From the NCBI GenBank assembly GCA_963823035.1, contig CAWGKG010000019.1, positions 32,001 to 96,000 on the forward strand: a DNA stretch of 64,000 nucleotides, given 5' to 3'. Below, in pieces: positions 20,887 to 31,823 of this stretch; the first letter of the stretch is position 1, and the number at the start of each line of letters is the position of its first letter. The stretch comes from an uncultured Gemmatimonadales bacterium (GTDB lineage: Bacteria > Gemmatimonadota > Gemmatimonadetes > Longimicrobiales > Gaopeijiaceae). The notes under the pieces were generated by a model. The model was not told where the DNA came from, did not search any database, and worked only from the letters and a program-made list of their open reading frames with translations. A program made the translations under genes and the position numbers.

Positions 20887-20990
20887 GAAGAGAACCTCCG
20901 AGACCGGCCTCCCTTCGGCAAGACAGGCATGGAGGGTGTTCGCCGGAGGCGGGATGGCCGGGATCCGGCGCACCGGATAGCTTGCTGCGC

Positions 20991-21806
20991 ATGAAGGCAC
21001 GCCGGTCCCTCTCTCTCCTTCTCGCAGCGGGCCTCCTGGGCCCGTCCGCGGCCTGCGAGCGCGAAGCGCCCGCGCCCCTGCGGGTGATGACCTACAACAT
21101 CCACTACGGGGATCCCGACCTGGCGCCCATCGCCGACGTGATCTGCGCCGCCGAGGCGGACGTGGTGAGCCTGCAGGAGGTCGACGTCCACTGGTCGGAG
21201 CGGAGCGGCTTCGCCGACGAGGCGGCCTACGTCGCGGCGACGTGCGGCATGGAGGTCCGCTTCGGGCCGATCTACACCCTCCCACCACTGGAGGAGGGTG
21301 CTCCGCCCCGCCAGTTCGGTGTCGCCGTCCTGAGCCGCCTCCCCATCCGGGCCTCGGTCAACCACGAGCTGACGCGGCTGTCCACGCAGACGGAGGGCGA
21401 TCCGCAGCCGCTGCCTGGCTTCCTCCAGGTCACCGTGGACCTCGACGGAGCCGAGGTGGACGTCTTCTCGACGCACCTGGACTTCCGCCCGGATCCCTCC
21501 GTGCGACGGACCCAGGTGGCGGAGATGCTCGCGATCCTGGGCGACACGGCACGGCCGGTCGTGCTGATGGGCGACATGAACGCCACGCCCGATCACGAAG
21601 AGCTGGCCCCGCTCTTCGGCAGGCTGCGGGACGCGTGGCCCGCGGGTGGCGACCCGGGCTTCACCTTCCCGAGCGACGCTCCGGTGCGACGGATCGACTT
21701 CGTATTCCTCGGCGGGCCGCTCGCGGTGGTGTCCGCGCGCGTCCTGGACACGACGGCATCGGACCACCGGCCCATGGTGGCGGATCTCCTGCTGTCGCGC
21801 CCCTGA
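20991..21806 (+). CDS. Endonuclease/exonuclease/phosphatase family lipoprotein
   Basis: VMTYNIH, LQEVD, STHLD, MGDMNA, RIDFVF, SDHRP. Confidence 0.88.
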   Translation: MKARRSLSLLLAAGLLGPSAACEREAPAPLRVMTYNIHYGDPDLAPIADVICAAEADVVSLQEVDVHWSERSGFADEAAYVAATCGMEVRFGPIYTLPPLEEGAPPRQFGVAVLSRLPIRASVNHELTRLSTQTEGDPQPLPGFLQVTVDLDGAEVDVFSTHLDFRPDPSVRRTQVAEMLAILGDTARPVVLMGDMNATPDHEELAPLFGRLRDAWPAGGDPGFTFPSDAPVRRIDFVFLGGPLAVVSARVLDTTASDHRPMVADLLLSRP

Positions 21807-21873
21807 GGTCACGGCCGCGGGCGCCTCTCGACCGTCCGGTTACAGGGACTTCCCGAAGGTGTGACGTCGATTC

Positions 21874-21998
21874 GCCGAAAGGTCGCAACCCACCGCGCCT
21901 CAAGGGGTTGATGGCCAGGACCCCCGGGGTTAGATCCAACCCACCAGGGGGGCTCCGAGCGGGTCCCCTTCGGCATCCATAACCTGCACCAAAGGGGG
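21874..21998 (+). ncRNA. Candidate structured 5' leader (riboswitch-like) of the SusC-like gene
   Basis: Nested stems GCCGAA/TTCGGC, CAACCC/GGGTTG, GGACCC/GGGTCC. CCCCTT (21965-21970) is complementary to the SD-like AAGGGG (21992-21997). Confidence 0.35.
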
Positions 21999-22003
21999 TC
22001 AGT

Positions 22004-25000
22004 ATGCGCTCTGCCCCGTTCGCCCGCGCTTTGCCTACCCGCGTTGGGCTCCTTGTCCACACCGCCGTGCTCGCTATGGCGCTCTCGGCAGCTCCGCTGC
22101 GGGCCCAGACGGGCTCCGTCGTTGGGCGTGTGGTGGACGGTCAGACGGGCCAAGCGATCGCCACCGCGCAGGTGGTCATCACAGGCACCAACCTCGGCGT
22201 CCTGGTCGACGCGGAAGGACGCTTCCGGATCGACAACGTGCCGGTGGGCACGCGCGAGGTACGCGCCATCCGCATCGGCTACCAACCGGCTTCCGCATCC
22301 GTGACGGTCGGCGTGGGGGCGCCGGCCTCCGTCGAGCTGCGCATGATGGAGACCGCGATCGCGCTCGACGAGATCGTCATCACCGGTACGGCGGGCGACA
22401 CGCGCCGGAAGGCCATCGGCAACGCGGTCTCGTCCGTGAACGCGAGCCAGATCCTGCAGAACGCCCCGGCTCTGAACGTGACCGAGGTCCTGCAGGCCAA
22501 GACGCCCGGGCTCACGATCATGCCGGGTTCCGGCACGGCGGGCACGGGCTCGAACTTCCGGTTGCGGGGCGCGACCTCCGTGTACGCGAACACGCAGCCT
22601 ACGGTCTACGTGGACGGCGTCCGCATCCGCAGCACCACGACCGGGAACTTCAACGTGTTCGGGCAGAGCACGTCCGCCCTGGACGCGATCAACCCCGCCG
22701 ACATCGAGTCCATCGAGGTCATCAAGGGCCCGGCGGCGGCGACGCTGTACGGCGCGGAGGCGGCGGCGGGCGTGATCCAGATCATCACCAAGAAGGGTAG
22801 GCCGGGCACGGTGCAGTGGGACGCCCGCATGGAGTATGGCGGCAACGAGTGGGTGGACGCGCTCCGCCCGATCAACTACGGCGTCGCCACGGCCGCGCGC
22901 ATCGCGGACCCCGTGAACTACCCCGCGTACCAGGGCATGCAGGTCGGCGACATCTACTCGCACCGCGTCATGAGCGAGCCCAACGCGCTGCGCGTCGGCA
23001 AGCTGACCAACTTCTCCCTGGGAGCGCGGGGGGGTGGCGAGAACTACGCCTTCTACGTGTCCGGCGGCCGCAACGACGAGGAGGGGACGTACTACAACAA
23101 CTACTCGAACCGCACCTCGCTGCGCGGCAACTTCCAGTTCCAGCCCTCGCAGAAGCTCACGTTCTCGGCAGACGTCGGGTACAGCATCAACGAGGTGCGG
23201 CTCCCGCTGAGCGACAACATCGCCACCGGGCTCATCATCAGCTCGTACCTGGCCACGCCGGGCCGCGCGTACCCGTTCCCGGCCGGGCTGAACTACTTCA
23301 CGATCGCCCCGGAAACGTTCAACACGTACGACAACGTCACCCGCACGGACCGCTTCATCCTCGGCGGGACGAGCCGAGTACAAGTTCACGGACTGGCTGA
23401 GCAACAAGCTCACCGTGGGCTACGACCTCGGAGCGGGTCAGGCCGAGGTGTACTTCGCGCCCGCACCTCCCGGCACCAACCCCTTCACTGCGCGTGCGAG
23501 CTTCAACTTCGACAACACGAAGGGGCTCATCGCCGAGGGCCGTCCGATCTACAAGAACCTCACCGTGGATTGGTCGGCGCTCGCGACGCGTCGGATCAAC
23601 GAGACGATGGTGTCGAACTCATCGCTGGGGCTCCAGTACCTGAGCAACAGCGCGGAGCGCACCGAATCCTACGGGCAGGACCTGGGCGCCGCGGGGATCC
23701 GCTCCATCGCCGCGGCCGCGGTCACGTGGGGCAACCAGAGCTTCTCGGAGCAGAAGTCCCTCGGCTTCTACGCGCAGGAGCAGGTGGGTTGGCGCGACCG
23801 GCTGTTCGTCACCACCGCCGTACGCATGGACAACAACTCCGCCTTCGGCTCGAAGCTGAACCGGGTGTTCTACCCCAAGGTGTCGGCGTCGTGGGTGATC
23901 TCGGACGAGGACTTCTTCAGCCTGCCCCGGGTCGACCAGCTGCGCTTGAGGGCGGCATGGGGCCAGGCGGGGAACTCCCCCGGCCCGTTCGACGCCGTGC
24001 GCAGCTACACGACGTCCGTCGCCACCGGCGAGTCGGGGACGTCGTCTGCCCTGCGCTACAGCTCCGTGGGCAACCCCGACCTGAAGCCGGAGCGGGCCTC
24101 GGAGATCGAGGTCGGTTTCGAGGCCGACATGTTCAACGGGCGGGTCGGCGTCGACCTGAGCTACTACAACAGCAAGACGAAGGACGCGCTCCTGCCGGTG
24201 TCCGTGGCGCCCTCCACCGGCTTCACCGGGTCGCAGCTCCAGAACCTCGGTACGATCGCCAACAGTGGGTTCGAGCTGCTGTTGAACGCGACCCCGCTGC
24301 GGAACTCGTTCCTCACGTGGGAGTCCACGATCAGCCTCTCCACGAACCACAACGAGCTGTTGTCGTTCGGCGACGAGCGCGCGCCGATCGTCCTGACGAT
24401 CTACGCGCCGGTCCAGCGCTACCAGGTGGGCTACCCGCTCGCCGGGTACTGGGCGGCGAAGGTCCAGTACGACGCGGCCGGGAACCTGATCAAGACGTCC
24501 GCAGGCCGTCCGATCCTGCAGGACACGGCGATCTACATGGGCCCGTCGATCCCCACGCGTGAGGTCGCGTTCTCGAACACCTTCACGCTCTTCGACCGGC
24601 TGCACCTGCACGGCCTGCTCGACTACAAGGGTGGGCACTACATGTTCAACGTGAAGGACTGGCGGCGGGACCGCTCGGGCGTGTCGTGGGCGACGGTGAA
24701 CCCCGCTGCGGACCCCGACGAGGTGCTGGTGCGGCAGTTCGCGTCGCAGACCTTCCTCGACATCCAGAAGGCCGACTTCCTCAAGCTGCGTGACCTTTCC
24801 GTCAGCTACGACCTCCCCGCGGCGTTCCTCGACCGGTTCGGGGTCCGGCGCTCCACCCTCACGCTGGCGGGCCACAACCTGAAGATCTGGACCAAGTACG
24901 GAGGAGCCGATCCGGAGGTGAACTTCACCGGAGACGATACGTTCAACCGCAACGACTCGTGGACGGTGCCGCAGACCCGACGCCTGTCCGCCTCGCTCAC

Positions 25001-25013
25001 GGTGAGCTTCTGA
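22004..25013 (+). CDS. SusC/RagA-family TonB-dependent outer-membrane receptor (frameshift about 23370)
   Basis: Signal peptide and carboxypeptidase-regulatory-like N-domain; plug INPADIESIEVIKGPAAATLYGAEAAAGVIQIITKKG; GNPDLKPE; DFLKLRDLSVSY; terminal Phe. Confidence 0.92.
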
Positions 25014-26335
25014 TGGCCGCCCCAACGACTTCCGGAGAAGCCGGCATGAACGCGAACACGATGCGCAGGCGCCGCGGTGTCGCGGCGACCATGGCGCTCC
25101 TGGTCGGGTTGGCCGCCGCGGGGTGCAACAACCTGCTGGACGTGACCAACCCGGAATTCATCAGCCAAGAACAGCTCACCGACCCGGCGCTCGAGCAGCT
25201 CGTGGTGAACGGCGTAGTCGGCGAGTTCCAGTACGCGTACGGCTACTACGCGCTCTACTCGTCGGCGATGACCGACGAGACGTTCATCGACCACACCCAG
25301 GTGGATATCCGCGAGCTCACGCTCCGCAACATCCTCGAGAGCAACACCGTCAACGCGGCCATCTACGCCAACCTCCATCGCGCCCGCCAGTCGGCGGAGG
25401 ACGGAATCGACCGGCTCACGGAGATGCTCGGAGAGGCCGAGGCGGGCAGAAGCCTGAACATGGCCACGATCATGGCCTACGGCGCCTATGCGTATACGCT
25501 GCTTGGCGAGGGCTTCTGCGAATCCACGGTGAACCTGAGCGCTCCCCTCTCGTCCGACGAGATGCTGCAGCGGGGCATCGACATGTTCGACCGGGCGATC
25601 ACGACGGCACAGGCGTCGGGCTCCAGCGCCGCGGCCACCGACATCATCAACATGGCCCGGGTGGGTGCGGCGCGGGCGTCGCTGAAGCTCGGCGACGGCT
25701 CCGGGGCGGCCGCGTATGCGGGGTTGGTGCCGGCCGACTACGAGAAATACGCCTGGTACTCGGCGAACTCGGTGCGGGAGAACAACATCTTCCAGGCGCC
25801 GGCAGGCACGTCGGGCTCGTGGCTGAGCATGGGACCGAGCTTCCAGGCGCTGGCCGATCCGCGTGCGCCGGCGACCACGCTGACGGACATCCGCGGGCTC
25901 AACTCCAACCCGATCTTCCCGCCGCAGAAGCCGATCATGTACCAGGGTTGGTCGGCCGCCGCGGAGAACGACATGATCCAGAACGAGACGAGCATCAAGT
26001 TCGCGACCGGGTTGGAGGCCCGGTACGTGGTGGCGGAGGTGCAGGGACCCACGGCTGCGACGCTGGACTTCGTCAACGAGCGGCGCGCGGTGGGCGGGAA
26101 GGACCCCGTGAGCCTCTCGGGGAACGACCTCATGGCGGAGCTGCGCTGGCAGCGTGGCATCGACCTGTACCTCACCGGGCAGCGGCTCGGCGACCTGCGT
26201 CGCTACAAGGCCGACCTGGGGATCGATCTCTTCCCCAGCGGGAAGTTCCCCGTGTCCAACGAGGTCTACAGTGACGCCACCTGCTTCGTGGTGCCGCTGA
26301 CGGAGAAGAACTCGAACCCCAACTACCCCCGCTGA
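25013..26335 (+). CDS. SusD/RagB-like nutrient-binding lipoprotein
   Basis: Start overlaps the SusC stop (TGATG); lipobox AAAGC followed by LDVTNP; C-terminal LYLTGQRLGDLRR...PLTEKNSNPN. Confidence 0.85.
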   Translation: MAAPTTSGEAGMNANTMRRRRGVAATMALLVGLAAAGCNNLLDVTNPEFISQEQLTDPALEQLVVNGVVGEFQYAYGYYALYSSAMTDETFIDHTQVDIRELTLRNILESNTVNAAIYANLHRARQSAEDGIDRLTEMLGEAEAGRSLNMATIMAYGAYAYTLLGEGFCESTVNLSAPLSSDEMLQRGIDMFDRAITTAQASGSSAAATDIINMARVGAARASLKLGDGSGAAAYAGLVPADYEKYAWYSANSVRENNIFQAPAGTSGSWLSMGPSFQALADPRAPATTLTDIRGLNSNPIFPPQKPIMYQGWSAAAENDMIQNETSIKFATGLEARYVVAEVQGPTAATLDFVNERRAVGGKDPVSLSGNDLMAELRWQRGIDLYLTGQRLGDLRRYKADLGIDLFPSGKFPVSNEVYSDATCFVVPLTEKNSNPNYPR

Positions 26336-26346
26336 CCTGCGGGAGC

Positions 26347-26402
26347 GAAGCCCGGGGCCCGGGGGCCCGTGCGATCGGCACGGCCCCGGGCCGCCGGGCT
26401 TC
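26347..26402. terminator. Long GC hairpin between the SusD-like gene and the next gene
   Basis: GAAGCCCGG...CCGTGC-GATCG-GCACGG...CCGGGCTTC imperfect inverted repeat with no strong U-tract. Confidence 0.45.
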
Positions 26403-26421
26403 TCCGTGGGGGAACCCCGGC

Positions 26422-28714
26422 ATGTCCATATCCAGGGCGTACGTCGCGACGATCCTCACGCTCCTGGTCGCGTTCCCCCGCGCGGGGCACGCCCAGGCGT
26501 CGACCGATACGGTCCGCATCGCGAACGACGCCATCCGCGTGGGGTTCGACGGCAGCAACGGAAGGCTGGTCGAGCTCACGGACGCCGGCACCGGGCAGCG
26601 GTTCGTGGCGTCGGTGGCCGACGCCGGGGGGCCGTGGCTCCTCGATCTCCCCGCGGGGAGTCCCGAAGCCGCCGTGACGCCCGCGGACGCCGGGAGCTTC
26701 CGGACCGAGCGGCAGGCGGACGGGACGTCGTTGCGCCTGGTGTGGTCGGACTTCGACCTGGCGGCGGCTCCCGGGCTGCAGGTCGTGGTGACCGTGGGTC
26801 TCCGGGGCGGCGAGGCCGATGACCGAATGGCACATCGCGCTGAGCGGGCTCGGGACGCTGGGCGTGGAGCAGGTACGCTTCCCGAGGATCTTCGGCATCC
26901 CTCCGCTCGGTGCGGGGGAGGAGCTCGCCGTGCCCCGTTGGATGGGGCAACGCACGCACGATCCGCGCGCCCAGCTCGCGGGGCGCGACGGGGGTGGGCG
27001 CCGCCTGGAGTGGGCCTACCCCGGCGCGCTCGCCATGCAGATGCTGGCCCTGTACCGACCGGACCGCGCGGGGCTCTACCTGGCCACCGACGACACACTG
27101 GCCTACCGGAAGACGTTCGCGCTCCAGGGCGCGCCGGACGGGTCCGCTTCCTACGAGGTGGCGCAGGAGCTCTCCGACCCCGCTGCGCCGCGCGACGCGT
27201 GGCAGCCGGCCTTCGGCTCGGTGGTCGGGACCTTCCACGGTGACTGGATCACCGCCGTCGAGCGCTACCGCGCATGGGGCACCCGGCAGCGGTGGGCACG
27301 GGAAAGCAGGCTCGCGCGGGGGCGGGTGCCGCAGTGGCTGCTGGATACCGGGATGTGGGTGTGGAACCGCGGGCGCTCTCCCGGCGTGCTCCTGCCCGCC
27401 GAGGCGCTGCGGGAGAAGCTCGGTCTTCCCGTGAGCGTCTTCTGGCATTGGTGGCACCACGGTCCGTACGACACGAGCTTCCCCGACTACCTCCCTCCGC
27501 GCGAGGGCGTGGAGGCGTTCGTGCGCGCGGTGCGCGAGGCGCACGCGGACGACGTGCACATGATCACGTACATGAACCAGCGTCTATGGTGCACGCACAC
27601 GCCGAGCTGGGAGGCCGAGGGCGCCGAGCGCTGGGCCGTGAAGGGACGCGACCTGAAGGTGCACGAGGAGGTCTACAACATCTTCGACCCGCAGCCGTGC
27701 GCGCCGATGGACGTCACCACGCAGTTCTGGCGCGACAAGTACGCGGGCATTGCGGATACGGTGCTGAACCAGTACGGCGTGGACGGCATCTACATGGACC
27801 AGGCCGTCCTCTCGCTGGTCTGCTGGGACCCGACGCACGGCCACCCGGTGGGAGGTGGCAACTACTGGATGGGCGGCTTCGAGAAGCTCGCCGCCGACAT
27901 CCGCCGGCGGGCGGAGAGCGGACCCGAGCTGCTCCTCGCGGGGGAGGGCGCGGGTGAGGCGTGGCTTCCGTCGCTGGACCTCATGCTGACGCTGCAGGTC
28001 AGCCAGGAGCGCTACTCCGATCCCGCCAACGGGTGGGAGCCGATCCCGATGTTCCAGGCGGCGTACCACGCCTACGGCATCACGTACGGGAGCTATTCGT
28101 CGCTGACGATGCCCCCCTACGACGACCTGTGGCCCGACTCGACCGCGCCGGCCGAGCCGCTGAAGCTCCTCGACGTGGCCTTCCGCCGGCAGTTCCACCT
28201 GGAGCAGGCCCGCTCGTTCGTGTGGGGGATCCAGCCGACCATCGCCAACTTCATGCCGAGCCACCTCACGGACCGGCCCGAGGAGACTGCGTACATGATG
28301 CGGTTGGCCAGGGTGCGGGCCGCGGCGCTTCCATGGCTCCTCCACGGCACCTTCCTGCGCCCGCCGGAGCTGGACGCGCCCGAGGTGGACGTGACGCTCT
28401 CGCGCGTCTCGATCTACGCCGCGCAGCGGAGTGGTCCGCGGGTCTCGGAGGGGCGCTATCCGGCCGCGATCGCCGGGGCGTGGCGGGCAGCGGACGGGAG
28501 CGTGGCCATAGCGCTGGCGAGCATCGTCGCCGAGGCGTCGTCCGTGGGCTTCTCGTTCGACGCGGGGGCCTACGGCCTCGGAGGAGGCGGAAGGATCTTC
28601 CGGATCGACGAGGCCGGACGCACCGACTTCGGGGCGTTCGGGCCGGGTGCCACGCCGGTGCGTGTACAACTGCCGCCCGGGGGCGCCGTCGTCCTGGAAT
28701 TCCGGGCGCCCTGA
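26422..28714 (+). CDS. DUF6259-like exported putative glycoside hydrolase (frameshift about 26820)
   Basis: Signal peptide; WHWWHHGPYDTSFPDYLP, TYMNQRLW, GVDGIYMDQ, HGHPVGGG, GEG, consistent with a TIM-barrel GH-like core. Confidence 0.65.
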
Positions 28715-28727
28715 GCGGGCGCGGGCG

Positions 28728-31700
28728 TCAGGGCTCCGCGGCGCGCAGCACGATCCAGAGCCCGGCGCCGGCCGGCACCCGCACGGCCGCGAGGTCCACG
28801 GGCCCCCCCTCCTGCAGCCCCGCCACGGCCGGGGCCGTGCCCTCCAGCGCCGTGCCCAGCCCGAGCGCCTCGTGGTCCAGGTCGAGGGAGACCACCCGGT
28901 CGCGGTCGGACCAGGAGGCCAGCGCCACCAGCACCCGGTCGTCGCGCACGTACGTGGTGGCCAGGACGTCGTCACGGCCCGTGCGCACCGGGGCGTCGTC
29001 GAGCCAGTAGCCCAGCATGCGGCTGTCCGCGATGCCGAAGTCGCCCATCATCCGCCACACGGGGCGCGGATCGGTGTCGCCGTACTTCCGCGCGGTCATC
29101 CCGTAGAGCATGCCCCGATAGGGGCGTCCGCCGTCCTGGAGCATCTCCCCCATGAGGCCGAAGGGGAGGCCCGACACCTCCGTCATCCAGTAGTCCGGGG
29201 GCTGGCTGTAGTCGAAGTACTCCCCGAACCAGAGGCGCGAGATGTACGGGAAGTGCTCCATGTAGAGCATCGCGCTGTTGATGTAGCCGTCGCGCGGGTT
29301 GAACTGGTTGGCCGAGTGGAGGTCGATCACCACCTCGGGCCGCTCCTGGTGCAGCACGTTCACCAGGCGCCGCACCGTGGCGCGGCTGAAGGCGATGTCG
29401 TCCAGGTAGAGCCCGTCGATGTGCTGGTTCCGGGCCAGCCAGCGGAGCCCCTCGATGTAGTAGTTGGTCCAGCGCGACGTGCCCTTGTCGAGGATGGCCG
29501 CGTCGTCCACACGCCACGCGTGCCAGGCGGCGTGGTAGTGGTCCTGCAGGTGCTCCTGCAGCCAGGAGTGGCCGCCACCGTCACCGTCGTTGAAGATCTC
29601 GTCGCCCAGGCTCCTGAGCGCGAACAGCTCGTGCGCCCTGTAGGTCAGCTCGCGGATGGTGTCGTACAGCTTGACCTTGATCCCCTTCGCGTGCGCCTCG
29701 TCGATGTAGGCCGACTGCTCCTCGAGGTTGAAGAAGGGGTAGTTGATGTACGGGTTGATCTCCGTGGCGTGGTGCACGTTCACGACCGTACCGCCCCACG
29801 CGACCACCGAGTCCACGGGAACGAACTGGTGCACGAAGCGGGTCTCGAAGTGCCGCTTCGTGTCGATGGGCTTGAAGGGCGTCACGAGGAAGCGGACGTC
29901 GAAGTGCAGCGTGTCGCCCGCGGCCAGCGTGCGCGCGCCCCGTGTAGTTGCGGGCCACCACGGCGCCACCCTCCTCGCGGATGCGGATGCCCCCCCGCCC
30001 GCCGTTGTACCAGGAGGGCGGCATGAGGAGCGGCTGGCTCTGGTAGAAGTTCGTGTTGAGCGGGCGCACGTAGTTCTCGTCGCGCAGCACGTACTGCAGG
30101 CCGCGGTTCACCGCGCCCAGCCACACGCCCTCCTGGTGCTTCTCGACCGCCCACGTCCAGTCGACGGAGGCCGGCCGGCGCCCGCCCATGCGCCCGAGCC
30201 CGAGCATGTACGTGGCGGCCCCCGCGTCGTATCGGACCGGGAAGGCGATGTCGTCGACGGCCACGTCCCGCTGCGCCGCCAGCGACATGCGCACCTCCAT
30301 CATGCCGTCGTACTCGATCCTTCCGCGCACGTCGAGTGTCATGCCCTCCGCGACGCTGCGGGCGGCCCACTCCGCGCGGCCGGGCGAGGCGGCGGTCATC
30401 GAGAGCCCCTCGCCGCGGAACGCGAGCGTCCGCCCGTCCACCGACACGTCCAGCGACAGGGGCGCCGCGAGGATCGGCAGCGACGTCTCGGCGAAGCCGG
30501 TCATCTCGGGCGTGAAGAAGCTCTCGATCGAGGCGGGCAGCCCCGAAGCGCCGAGCGTGACGCGACGCCCGAGCAGGGACAGCGTCCGCCCGTCCACCTC
30601 GATCGGCACGAACGGCGGCACGATGTCGTCGGGATCGTCGCCGGCTCTGGAATCGAGCCACGCCAGCCGCGTCATGAGATCGGGCTCGTCCTCCCCGCCG
30701 TTCAGGGCGCGCGCAGCCGCGCACCCGGAGCGACACGCGCACGGTCTGGCTGCCGCGCCGCGCGCTCGCCACCGTGACCGTTCCCTCCACCGTCCCCGCG
30801 CGCTGATCGGCCGGGACGCGCACGCCCAGCCAGAGCGGCTGCACGGCCTGCCGGCCGGCACGTCCACCTCCTTCTCGAAGGCGCGACCGTTCTCGTCCAC
30901 GCCGCCGCAGTCGTAGCACGTCCACGACCAGCCGTCGGGGAAGCCCTGGAACGTCACCTCCACGTCGTCGAGCGGCGCCTCGCCACTCACGACCGCGACC
31001 TGGAAGGTGAACGCCTCGTCGCGCAGCACCTCGCTCTCGAAGGCCGTCGGGTCGGGGAGATCGATCCAGTGGCGTGGGATGAGGCGACGCATCCGTACGG
31101 GACGGTCCCGGTGCTCGGCCACCAACCGCCACCCGTCGGGCGCGCCGGCCATGAACGCGGCCTGTTCCTCGGGGGTGGCGACGACCTCCATCGGGAAGAA
31201 GGAGTGGAAGTCGTTCACCGACTGGATGCGCGTGGCCCGCGCGCGCGGCAGGGAGGCCATGTCGGAATGCCGCCACGCGCGCCGCCCAGGCGGGATCGGG
31301 GGCGGGGGCGAGGTCGGACGGATACGTCACCGTCGGGTAGTATCCCCCGGTGGACGCCCACGGCATGTAGTAGACGTGGTAGGTGGCATGCCCTCGCTCG
31401 GGCTGGAAGACCACGTCGCCCGAGGCGTTCTCCACGCGCGGCGCGAGCGCGTTCGTCACCGGCTCTCCCGTGTCGGCGTCCAGCACCACGACCGCCTTCT
31501 CCTCGGGGTGGGCGTCGTTCCGCCGCCATGGAATCGTCACCACCACCGCGTCGGGCACGCTGTCGCGGACGAGTGCCGGATCGACCTCGACGACCGCGCG
31601 GTGGTTGCCCCACGACGTCCCCTCCGAGCCGGCGGCGAGCCAGGGCGTCCAGTCGCCCGCCTCCCAGGTCACGCCGTCCACCACGTTGGAGAGCGCCGGC

Positions 31701-31816
31701 GCGCGGTAGAGGCGCGCGGTGTCGGGCGTGGACTCGCCACAGGCCGCGACGAGGCCGGCGCTCAGCAGGGCGGCGAGGACGAGGGAGGTTCGCGGGAGGT
31801 ACCGTAGACGGTTCAT
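28728..31816 (-). CDS. DUF6067-like large putative glycoside hydrolase lipoprotein (several frameshifts)
   Basis: Lipobox LVAAC; WGNHRAVV, IPWRR, SFFPMEV, INPYINYPF, DGLYLDD, LWFGEYFDY, SGLPFGLMGEMLQ, stitched across ORFs 29882.., 29581.. and 28728... Confidence 0.7.
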
Positions 31817-31823
31817 CGAGCCT

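Noticed and set aside
21840..21920. Assignment of the SusC leader to SAM-I/IV, c-di-GMP-I or c-di-AMP riboswitch classes
   Set aside because: Only short fragments (AGGGACT, GCAACC, CGCCGAA) resemble them and the core conserved elements are missing; left unassigned.
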